From Cycas panzhihuaensis (taxonomy: Eukaryota > Plantae > Cycadophyta), in assembly GCA_023213395.1 (NCBI GenBank), contig CM041465.1, forward strand, positions 191,959,741-192,023,740: a DNA stretch of 64,000 bases, in the 5' to 3' direction. The translations under genes and the position numbers were made by a program. Shown piece by piece: positions 24,916-36,100 of the stretch. The stretch's first letter is position 1, and each line of letters begins with the position of its first letter. Under the pieces are notes generated by a model. The model did not search any database. It had not been told where the DNA came from and saw nothing but the letters and a program-made list of their open reading frames with translations.

Positions 24916-27900
24916 TGATTAGCACTCTTTGGGATAAAGGTGGGTACATAAGCACAAAAGCAAGTATAAGAGAAGCACACATTCGTTGTTTCAGTTTTAG
25001 TTCTTCAATAACATGTACTCAATAACATTCATTAAACGTTTCTCTTAAAATGAACACATTTCATACGTTTTTTCTGCTATCTTAGGCTTATTCACAGGAC
25101 AGAATTCGATGTTGTAAAGGAGGTGTGGATTTCAAGGTGGGTACTTAATCGATATACTAGTAGAGTGATAGGTTAGCCATACCTATGGGCTCCAATAAGG
25201 GATCATCTTGATAACCAGTCTAGACAACTAAAATCTTAATGCAAGATAAAATTTAGATGGTCTGATATCCATCATAACCTTGGGTGTGTAGTACCATTTG
25301 ACTCTTTGAAGGAGGTGTATCACCACTTAGAGGTGAACTAGGTGAGGACTGGTAATACCTGGGCTCTATTGTGACTTGGATTACAACACTAAGCATAGGT
25401 GTGCATGTCATGAGTGAAGGCCCTAATTTGTTATACTAGAAGGCTTAGGTGTCATATCAAACACCTCAACTACATTAGGACATAAGATTGAGGTAAGTGG
25501 TTAACACATCATACACTACTCTTTGCCTTAAGTTACATTCTTGCATGATCACTTGTACATAATTCATCACCAGTGATTGATTGTGCTTCTACATCATTCA
25601 TTGTATTGGAAAACCCTGCTACGTCAGGAGTAATTGCCATAAGTGTTAGTGGCCATTCATCATTGCTTGCTTCCTTCTCATCATAAGAATTCATTCACAT
25701 ATCCCTATTGTGCTAGGTGTACTAACCACACATGTTAGTGGCCAACACATTCATCTTCTCTTCTGCTTCTTTCTCATCTTTACCATATCATCATAATTTA
25801 AGTAGAATGTCAACTACATATTAAAAGACAAAGAAAATTGGGACTTATAGTTCACTGAAGTAAAAAATACTGCAAAGTATAAAGGCCTTTGGAAAGACCA
25901 CTTACAACTTGTTTCTCGGCTACCAGGAATGGGCTTGGGCAAGTTGACTCAGGTAAGTACAGGTATGCTTCTATCCCTTGCCTTTATTAGTTCTAGGAAA
26001 GGTAGGTTGAAGCACTTCATCTACATCACACGATGATTGACTCATTGCATGACCACTATACATTTGCTGTGTGACTATATTGCATCACAATACTTTTAGC
26101 CTATGACGATCTGGGGATACATATCCCATGGCACTCCACAACCCTCTTTTATGCCTCCACAATGTCCCCAAGTACCATTCGACTTTTGTAGCCTAATTAC
26201 ATCACCTGTTAATGCATCATGACCCATGACACCTTACCTAGGTTTGGTTGTTGTCCCCAGTCCATTTGTTGTCTTTTGGGTAACCTGTCGCCTCCATTTA
26301 CTTATCCGTTGTGACCTCCTTATGCCCCCCAGCTCCTTCTTACCACCTGGACAGAGTATTGTGTTTTTTGGGGCTCGAGTTTCCCCTCTTTTAGAGATTT
26401 CGAGCTCATCTTCCTTTCCCTTTTTCTATGTGTCTGTCGCACTGCATTAAACTTCACAGTACTGCTTTAAACTTTGCGATACCACTAAGTTTACCACGGG
26501 GCGATTTTCCATATTTATTTTTTTAAATTACCTATGGTTAATTTCACATTATTGTGAAATTGCTACATTGAAACAACTTATTCCTGGCCCAGGTCGAACC
26601 CTAATCGCTCGATTGAGCTAGGGTTGGGTTTAAAAACCCAAAAACCCCCTCATTTCATCTCTCTCTCACTGATTTTTTCCACTACTTCCTCCAAAAATGC
26701 CCTGCAAACAGAACTAAATTTGCTACATCTGCTTCTCAACCAGCTGCCAGCCTCTTGCAACTCCAGACACATGACTGCAGGCCTACAACATGGTTAGCCA
26801 AGAGAAGGTCATGCTCTAAACGCTCCATCAACTTTCAGCTATCTTTCTTGCTCTAGTTTTCTTCCTACTTGTTGCTCCATTTGGGGTTTTCACTTGCAAA
26901 CCCCATAGGGTTTGCTTCTCTATCCAATTTCATAGGTGGGTCTGCCTTAGATCCACTCGTAGTAGGTACCTCTAAGTCCACTCTTTGCTTTACTTTATTT
27001 AGGCAATATAAGTACTACTTGTCAATACTTTTTGCACTAATTTTCCCCCTTCTTTCTACTGCAAACAGGAGGTAAACCCTCCCCTCTTTTGCATGTCTTT
27101 TCCTTCCCTTGACTCCTTCTTGGTTTCTTCAAGGAGGCAGCAAGGGAGAGGCACCTACAAAGAGTGAAAGGAGCTAAAGGTGGGGTCTTGCACCCAATGA
27201 GCCTTCTCCTTAAGTGCAATCGCCTTCTCTCCTCACCTCTCCCTTCTCTGTACCTTCCTTGAGTTCCCAAAGGGCTATTAAAAGATAGATCATCACTGGT
27301 AGTAGCATAGGCAGCCTATTGTTACACCTACAACCAGCCCAGCATATCCTACATGGGCGGGGTTCCACCCCCCATTCTATATTCTCCTGTGTTACTTGGT
27401 TAGAACCTTGTAGAACTTGTAAAAGTTGCATGTTGCAGCTTTTGTAACTTTGACAACATTTACAACATTGTTTGTTGTTTCTTTGCTTGCACTTCTAGAA
27501 ACTTGTTGCATTTGTCTCACCTTTCATCCTGGTACTTAGGGGTAGCGTGGAGCACTTTTGACTTAGAGGGTTAGCCATTCCAAGGCTAGCCGCCCTCCTT
27601 CCCTCTCTTTCCCACTTTTTTCTGCATTGTATACTAAATAACATACAAGGTGCAGAGAGTGATATTGGTGGTGAATATATTTCTTTTAATTAAGATAGTG
27701 TTGGGGTTAATGCTTATCACCCCACTCATACCTTCCAACTAGGAGTGCAAACCTCACTCTCATTAATTTACACATGTGGGTACTCACATGTATAGGTAAG
27801 TATAAGGTAAGGTTGATTTGATTTAAGTTCATTTGAGTTAAGTTAATTTATTATTTTATTGTTATTTGAATTTTAGAGGTTGAAGAGTTTCCCTCCTCCT

Positions 27901-28580
27901 ACAAACTATATATTTTAAGGGGTGTACAACCCTACTGTCTTTAGACACCACCTTCTATTGGACATTTGTAATGCTCTCTCTACAAAAATGGATTGAATAT
28001 AAAATCTCTTATGTTTATGCAATAATGATGTATTGATTAATGATTATTTGTTTATGTTCTACCCTGTTTTCCATTATATTATTTTCCTACATTTAGTATC
28101 AGAGCAAAGGTTGCCAAAGGTTGTTGGGCTATTGCATCTCCATTTGAAGTTTTTTAAGAGTAAGAAGATTTACTAGCATTTTTTAGGCAGATTTACTCAT
28201 AACAAGAAAGATTGGTTATATTCATTTTCTGAAAAGTTTATTAGAAGTTTCTTGTATTTTTTACTAAAGATCTAATTATTCTTGAAGATATACTCGTGAT
28301 ATAACAAACATATTTCAGATTTGTGCAGGTATATAGCTACAAATAGTAAATATCAAGTTTATATCACTCTACAGAGGTTTTATCAATAACTTTTATATAT
28401 TTTTATCAAATATTTGACATTTTTCAAGCATATTTTGTTTAATTATCCAATACTTCTTTTAGATCTATGCAGGAGCACAACTACAAGCAATATTTATTTA
28501 AAGTTTTCTTCAAATCTACCATATATTCTTCATATCTACTTGTTTTAACAAATATTTGACCATTTTTCTGGTTTATTTTA

Positions 28581-28720
28581 TTTATATCTGTAATATTTAT
28601 TTTAGATTTGTAATACTTACTTCATATCTATAATATTAGCTACATATCTGTAATATTAGCTATAGATCTGTAATATTTACTTTAGATCTACAATAGTTAC
28701 TTCAGATCTGCAATATTTAT
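28581..28720 (+). repeat. 20-bp minisatellite x7 (consensus TTCAGATCTGTAATATTTAC)
   Basis: Seven consecutive 20-nt imperfect units read directly from the sequence. Confidence 0.9.
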
Positions 28721-29719
28721 TAAAGTTTTCTTTTAGATTTATAAATTTTATCACATATTTGACCATTTTTTCAAGTTCTTTTTCAGATCTATAAGTTTTT
28801 GGGACATATTCAGCCTAACGAGCCATATATTATAGCAGATCTACCTACTGGAAAAATCAGTTTGAAGCTTCAACTTGTGTCGAAGAAGATCTCATCTTTG
28901 GAAGTCTACTTTCTGCTACAAATCTGCCACAGCTGTTTACCAGGTTCTTCATAGTCTATTCAAATTTAAACATATATTTCTTGATTCTCGGATACATCTA
29001 CTCCAATATACATGCATTTCATTTATTTGATATATTTCTGTCAATATATTTAAAAAAATTTCTGGTTTCATTTGTGGCTCCACTAAATCACCAGTTTTTC
29101 ATGGTTTTCTATATAAATATAAAAAAGTTTTTGAAATATCTCTTTTGTGATATACATATTCTTTTTCAACTAAAAAAAAGGAAAAAAAACTCAACATTTT
29201 TTTTTGTCATCTTTTCTTATTTTGGAATAAACTTATAAGAATAAACTGCATTCATTCCTGCAACTATTAAAGAGACAAACAAAGTTATTTTTATTTGAAA
29301 CAAAACCAGCCAACTCCACAATAGTGGGATTGATACTAGTAAATTGGTACTCTGGTAAGTAAAGCAAGTCTTATTTTCTTGCATTTAAAACAAGTCAAAA
29401 TATTGTATTTTTCTTTGGAATAATCCCTAAAATTTATCTCTGCAACCGTTATCATAAGTATCTCAAAAATTTGAAGGTCCTTTGAAATAATAGAATGCTA
29501 TTAAGTCAATGAAATAACAACTATTATATGGATACCATATCTTTCACATATGATTAAAAATACAATGTTAGACAAACGATCAAAAATACAATATAAACAA
29601 AAAGTATTGTGAAGATCATATTCTATTTGCAACGCTTTCATCATTATTTGAGAAATCATTAAATGTTGAGAATCTCATCTTTGGATATAGTGCTTTATAT
29701 CTGAAAACCATGCACTCAA

Positions 29720-30157
29720 GTTAAAGCTCCAAAAAAGGCTTTGTATACTCATTCATCATTTCAAAACCGTTTCTTAATTTTGTTAACATAATTGATAGCT
29801 TGGTCTAACTCAACTGGCTATTTCTTTGGGAGATGGTCATCCTCAAGTGGAAGTGTAATTTCATAGCCTTTTGGCAGGAAATTACTAAAGTCCAAAATAA
29901 GAGCACGATGGCCCATAAATAAATCTTTCACTTTGGCAATAACACCAGTTGTATATTTAAGACTTAAAATCTTTCATGACTTCAAGAAACTCATCATATT
30001 TCTCTTTGTTATCCTGGAACATCTCTTTGATAGCCTTGAGATAGGCTAAAGCATCATCAGTAGTTAGCCTCTTTGGCTCTCCCGAAGCTTGAAGTGACTC
30101 TCTGCGAAATGGCCTTCTAAATTTAGCTGCTACTAAAAGCTCCTCACTTCTTCTTAA
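29720..30157 (-). pseudogene. SNL: Captured SIN3-like (SNL) fragment: complete PAH1 and start of PAH2, no introns
   Basis: [106 protein letters not shown], typical plant SIN3-like PAH sequence. Confidence 0.93.
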
Positions 30158-30324
30158 TAGTCTCGATGAAACAGTGTACCCAACATAAAGCTCTGTTGAT
30201 GAAATTGGCAATGCATTTGTGATGTGCTTTGTGGGTCGTGATAGGAGTCAACTGTGTGTATATGCCAGTGTCAATGTACATTGGATAATAGTTTTGGGGA
30301 TTTGATCATGTGTCTTGCGGCTTT

Positions 30325-30720
30325 CTCAATGAGGCACATATCGTAGAAATCCTTGTCACCTAGTGTGAACTCTGCCAGAGTAACTGGAGGAACCCCCCCA
30401 GCATTGTTGCATTTCAAGATGTTTCCATAGTCGCTTGTTTCGTAGGACCCCACTCCGGATGCATAAGAATTACACCCCATTCTACCCTAGAAACAACCCG
30501 ACCAGCTCTCTAATGTGGTTACTCTGAGGGATTGTCTGAGGCTTAGAGTGAAACCCCCTCCCTCCAATACTCCTCCTCCACTCCCTATTAGAATAGGCCA
30601 GATGGTGTACCCACATTTGTTTAATAGTGTGAACGCAGTTCCCCTCACCCCACCTCCTAGCGAAAGTATAACGACAACAGCTATGTGGACCTCTAATAAT
30701 ACTCGAAGAAGAGATGCCAT
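30325..30720 (-). pseudogene. Captured thaumatin-like protein (PR-5 family) 5' half, including signal peptide
   Basis: MASLLRVLL...AFTLLNKCGYTIWP...GGGFTL...WSGCF*GRMGC...GSYETSDYG..LKC..AGGVPPVTLAEFTLG..DFYD. One in-frame stop at the conserved W; truncated after DFYD. Confidence 0.93.
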
Positions 30721-30963
30721 TGTTAGTCTCTGATAATGCAACTACAGCACTCCCAATAGATTTATCTAACCAATAATCAATATAACAAAGAGAGAAGCCA
30801 GACCAAAGAGAAAGAAACAAATATCTCTGATAAAGCATTTTCGATCAATTGTAATGCCAGAATTGGCTACAAAAAGACTAACGGTTCAGCAAATCTACTC
30901 ATCATTTGTCTGCGTTGTTAAATGTCCTCTTTGCTACTTGCTCATCCTCAACTTTTCCACCCA

Positions 30964-30979
30964 ATTTTGGCGCCAAAAT
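30964..30979. promoter_or_regulatory. Perfect 16-bp palindrome containing E2F-consensus sites on both strands
   Basis: ATTTTGGCGCCAAAAT; TTTGGCGC matches TTTSSCGC. Lies beside a CpG-rich patch (~30990-31078). Confidence 0.35.
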
Positions 30980-31190
30980 ATGACCTCTTAGGCGACGGAG
31001 ACACTCAGGGCGATGTGTTGCAGAATGCGAAAAGTGGTAGAGTCGCGGCGGACGGCGATAGCGGGGCGACGCGGTGCACTTTCTAAAAAAAATTGAATGT
31101 TTTTTTATTTTTTCATATTTTTTATTTTATAAAGTTTTAAAATTTTATTTGTATTATATAAAGTTTGAATTATGGGGTTTAAAAGGCTTA

Positions 31191-31262
31191 AGCCCCCTTT
31201 GGCATTTAGCCTCCAGCCCCATGACCTCTCCACGTGACCATAACTTATCTTTAAAGGGGCCA
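31191..31262. promoter_or_regulatory. Conserved symmetric internal motif, copy in element E
   Basis: AGCCCCCTTT...GCCCCATG-N7-CACGTGAC...AAAGGGGCCA; homologous to 54591-54666 and 60626-60699. Confidence 0.65.
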
Positions 31263-32386
31263 ACAACTTTTATAAAACTTTTTCTTTTTATTTTTTTAAT
31301 TTTTTCATTTCATATAGGGTAGCTAGAAAATTTTTACCATATCTTTTAACTGGGTCATCAATTTTTGATGAAACCTATCCCATTGCTTCTAGAATTTTTT
31401 TAGGTATGATTTTGACTAGTCATATGACCTATTTGGAGGTAATTTGACCCATTTTCAGATAGTTTAAAGTCAGTTGTTCATTTTTAAAGCCATTTCGAAC
31501 TATTTTCATAAAAACTCTTTTTTATTAGATTATATTTTATCACTGGATGATTATTTTCTACCCAAATCTATTATACAGCAATTTATTATTAGCAAACTTC
31601 ATTGCCATCTATTTATTTTATTTTTTAATATTTATTTTAATAATTATTTTAATCACCAAAAGTAACACTTTAGTGTTTTTTAGCACTTTTTAAATATTTT
31701 ACCATAAAAGTATTTGTTGTCATTTCTAGTATAACTTTTCAGTTTTACATCAAAATTTAGATCCATCAATTTCATTAGGAAGCTGACTCACTCCTTTTCT
31801 AACTGACACTATTTTTTATAAGTTTTAAAGTGTTTTTACTGATTTTCAAATCCATGAAAGTTGAGGTACATAATAGCCTCAAATCTGCCATTATTACACA
31901 TTTTTTATATATTATTTCTCAAAGTTTTCAATTGAAAAGTATATTGAGCAACATTCTAAACTATAATTGATCATTTTACAATATTCTATAAGTCTTTTAT
32001 TAGCCTTTTATAATATTTTAAGCCCCAGGCTCCCGTTAGGCCTAAAAAATATGATTGTATCTTTGGTTCCTTTGATATTGATTTGTAGGAACTCATTTTC
32101 AAAATGGTTAGTTCCATTGAATAGTTCTTTCATTGATCTTCATACTAGTATAATTTCACTTTATTTTGACTTTATTTAGTATAACTTTGAAGCTGTTAAA
32201 CTTGAGCATTTAAGTATATCCTAACAGAAATTAATCATCAAGCAAGTGATAAGCCAATTGCACCTGCAACTTATTTCAAATTTTATCTAAAATTATATCT
32301 TATAAGTTAGTCATATTTGTTGATTTATCGAGTTTTTTGACTTGGTAAAAACATATTCTTTTTTATGTACTAAAGTTCTCGGTAAA

Positions 32387-33110
32387 ATGGTAATCAATCT
32401 TGATCAAGTACAATTTCCTATATTTGATGGCCATAATTTTTCACTATGGCATAAAACTATGTAAAATTATTTTATTACACATGATCTTTAGAACTACTTA
32501 CAAGATAAATATGATGTTAATATTAAGAAAAGTATTAAAAAAGACAATGAAGCCCTAGCTTTAATATTTTGCACTATAAATGATGATGCCTTTTCTAAAG
32601 TTTGTGAACTAACAACTTCTAAATCTGTGTGGGACATTTTAATTTCTACTTATGGGGGAGATACCCTCAATGAATTTAACATTGATGTTGAGCATATGAG
32701 ACAGATACCAGAACATGTGGATTGTCATGAAAAGGTTAAGGAAGATTCAAATCAAATGCATGATCATCTTGTTACACAAGAACTTGATCCTTCATTTGAG
32801 GGGGAGAGATATGATTATACGACAGTTGTTCATAACATAAAGTTTTCAGAAGACAAAGTTCAAGTTCAAAGTTTTCTTAAAGTTCTAGTTAACAAAGTCA
32901 AAGTTGCATCCACACCTCCATATTTGAATCAAACTTCATTTATTTACAACTTTTTTATACCACTCAATGGCAAAGACACACACGTTGCAAAAAGGATGAA
33001 GCAAGTTGATAATGATCAAGCCAAAAGAAAGTTTTTTTTTTTTTTTTTTAAGTACAAATTCCACAAGTTTAAAAAGAAGATATTGTTTGTGATGACCATT
33101 AAGGGGGATA
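32387..33110 (+). pseudogene. Element E gag N-terminus fused to an RNase-H-tail-like end (internal deletion of pol)
   Basis: MVINLDQVQFPIFDGHNFSLW...KKDNEALALIF...TTSKSVWDILISTYGG, similar to Copia-D gag (MPKFDG...KKDNEALTLIF...TTSKEA). Ends KFHKFKK.LFVMTIKGD at the PPT. Confidence 0.8.
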
Positions 33111-36100
33111 ATGTTGGGGTTAATGCTCATCACCCTACTCCCACCTTCCAACCAAGAGTGCACACCGCACTTTCATCAATTTACACATGTGGGTACTCGC
33201 ATGTGTAGGTAAGTATAAGGTAAGGTTGATTTGATTTGAGTTTATTTGAGTTAAGTTAAGTTATTATTTTATTGTTATTTGAATTTTAGGGGTTGAGTAG
33301 TTTCCCTCCTCCCCCAAACTATATATTTTAAAGGGTGTACAATGCTGATGTCTTTAGACACCGCCTACTATTGGACACTTGTAATACTCTCTCTACAAAA
33401 ATGGATTGAATACAAAAGCTCTTGTGTTTATGCAACAATGATGTATTGATCAATGATTATTTGTTTATATTCTGCCATGTTTTCCATCATATTATTTTCC
33501 TACAGATAGTTACTTTCCATATTGCATACTTGTCCCACATATATTTGATTCCCCTTGGGAAAGGGCAAATCTCATTTGGTTGTAGGTTTTCCCATTGCAT
33601 TCTTGAGGAAGAAGGAGATTCCATTCCAGATATATTCCCCTCCTTTCAACGGCTACTTTCTTTTGTTTTTAAAGTTATAAAATAGAGTTGTAATCATCTT
33701 TATATTTCCTTATGTTGCATTTCCTTTGAGTTCCATTTTTATTTTCAGGGAAGGTAAGGAAGCCTCCTTCTTCGCCAGCACTATTTTTGTTGTGCCATCC
33801 ATGGCTAAAGAAGGACAATAATCGTAAACATAAAAATGGTAACGCTACTTTGGCCACCAGATTCCATGTACACCTCTCTTTTTCTAACTTTTCTCTCTTT
33901 ACCCCCCTTTCCCTCATTGGAATGTTGTTTGGTAAAAAAGAAAAGGAAGAAGATTGGTTTAGATCTCTTGTACTTCACTTGCTTGCTTGTTTCTTTGCAA
34001 AGTGCACATAGTAAAAATCTATTCATTTGCGTGCATATACCTCTCCCATCCAGTTGCATTATCACTTAGCAACTTCGCATTCTTTGCACGAGCTTTGTAT
34101 CATGTAGCGATTCCTTTTGATCTTATTTTCTTGAATTTAAAAGACAATGAGAGTGAGGTTGTATGCATAGGTAGACGAGAGAGAGAGTTTTATATTACTT
34201 TGTTGCCTTAAAAAGTAATCTCTTTTAAACATAAGGACATAACATTGCCACATACATCATACCCTCGCCTTATCTTTTTCCCGTGCACTAAATGAAGACA
34301 ACCTTTCTTGTTGAGTCGCCACTACTAGGATCCTCCTTAGGTTTGTCACCTTGAGAGCCTCTCTCCGAAGGTTGTTCACTATGTCTTCCTTGTGTCTCCA
34401 AGCTAGACTTCTCTAGTTCGGGGGCTTTAGGTTAACATTCAGCTTATGAAATTAGCCATCACCCTTGATCCTTCACGTTGCAAGCTGCCTCAGGCTTACA
34501 TGTATGATTCTTTCCCTTTTCTTATTAAGGGGCATCCTTTCCACATCCCTCTTCATGTGAGGAGTCATTCCCTCGCCTCTTTCCTCCCTCCTTCGGCCAT
34601 CCAAGGATGGGAGGGCTCTTTTTAAGGTTACTCGGGAAACCAAGGAGATCCCTCATCCATCCATCACTCCATATCGAGGAAGAGTTACCTCAAAGGAGTT
34701 TGTGTGCCATTTGCAGGTCTCGTTCTAACGCACGAACGCCCTTTGTGGGTGATTTCTTTCACTTGTCATCTTAGGTCCATAGCCATCTAAAACTATTAAT
34801 TGTCTGTCTTGATCTCATTCGAGTTTAGTAACCCCCCTAAGAGGTGTGATTCCATATCTTACACCCCTCATACCAACAACTACTACTATGCCTGCTTCAA
34901 GAGGAACTGCCCTAGCTACTCCTACAAATGCTGCTAGAAAATGACAATAGGAGATTGATGATGAAAAGATTTGCATAGGAAGTTTGTTAGTCATTGATCT
35001 TTCTTTACATAACTTAATTGTTGAAAAGTAATATGATACTACTTAGAAAGTACTCGAAGTCCTTCGAAGAACTTTGAGACTAAGTCAGACCTCAAATTCA
35101 TTCATCTAGTGTTGAAAATGAATAAGCTCAAAATGTAGAAATACTATCAACATCCTTTGACCTATCAATAGGCTATTGACAAAGACTTCAAGACCTAATA
35201 TATTACTTTAGTATTCTTAATCCAATCATGTCTACATGTCCTTAATTACAAAAACTTACTTGGAAGTCTTCAGTTTAGTGGCACATTGAAGACACTCAAC
35301 TTCAAAGCACTTTCCAAGAAGTTCATATAATTTGATAAGATCTTTAATACACAACTTTGTAACCTCTAATCAAATATAGCCTTTGAAATGGAAGAAGAAG
35401 CTTATTGCCCAAAGAATCAAGGTTCCTCTCATGGCAGAGGATATATCCGAGCAAAAGGAATGAGAAAAAATAAAGGAAATCATCTACAAGGTCAACAATA
35501 CCCTTAGTCTTAGCCTCGATAATCTCAAGCTCAAGGGACACCTCAGAAAAATACAAGATAGTTAGGCCAAACCAATATCCCTTATGAGATTCGTAATTGA
35601 ACCATTATCTGTGAAAGGTGTGATAAGAAAGGGCACCTAGCAAAAGATTACAGAATAACCACCCATAAGTTGGCCAAGTTATAGGGCTTACAATGTCAAA
35701 CAAACTTGTGAAGAACCATTTTATGGAGCAGGATTTGCATAAGCACACATCCAAAGGATTAAGGGATCTTCATCATATAATGCAGCTAACCAATCAAAGA
35801 GGTACTTTAAAGCTCATTGTGGATACGCCACTTGTGAATTTAATTCACCAATGCCTCCTCCACTCAAAGTTGCAAATAACGTTGCCTCAAATATTTCAAC
35901 ATGGATCATGGACATTTGAGCCATCCAACATATGACTTGCAACCATAGTCTCTTTTAGACATTTGACTTTAATGTTCAAAGAGTTGTTCATATGGCTGAT
36001 AAATCTCAGGAACCTATCGAAGGAATTCGTAACATTCACCTGAAATTTGCAAGCTTAATAGACTTTATATTACTTGATGTCTTATATATTCCTAATCTGA

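Larger units (their letters stand above)
27699..33504 (+). mobile_element. Element E: non-autonomous Copia-derived LTR element carrying antisense host-gene fragments
   Basis: 393-bp LTRs at 27699-28091 and 33112-33504. Perfect TSD GATAG (27694-27698, 33505-33509). PBS TAGTATCAGAGC (28094-28105). PPT TTAAGGGGGATAA. Only a gag N-terminus and an RNase-H-tail-like end are retained. Confidence 0.95.
25910..34875. mobile_element. Solo-LTR-like insertion (~3.15 kb net; Tat/Ogre-like) inside Copia-C gag, itself split by element E
   Basis: Begins TG (25910) and ends CA (34875), flanked by the 6-bp direct repeat ACAACT (25904-25909, 34876-34881). Non-coding. Contains GAGTCGCCAC (~34313), a motif I associate with Ogre/Tat LTRs. 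Gag continues after removal. Confidence 0.7.

Noticed and set aside
28581-28720. CRISPR-like regular repeats
   Set aside because: Head-to-tail units with no unique spacers, in a eukaryotic TE context.
29610-29705. YKALYPKMRFSTFNDF after a TTTTCAG, resembling an isoflavone-reductase-like C-terminus (third captured gene)
   Set aside because: Too short to assign without a search.
29957-30838. Functional host thaumatin or SIN3 genes
   Set aside because: Both are truncated, contain in-frame stops, lack introns and lie inside an LTR element.
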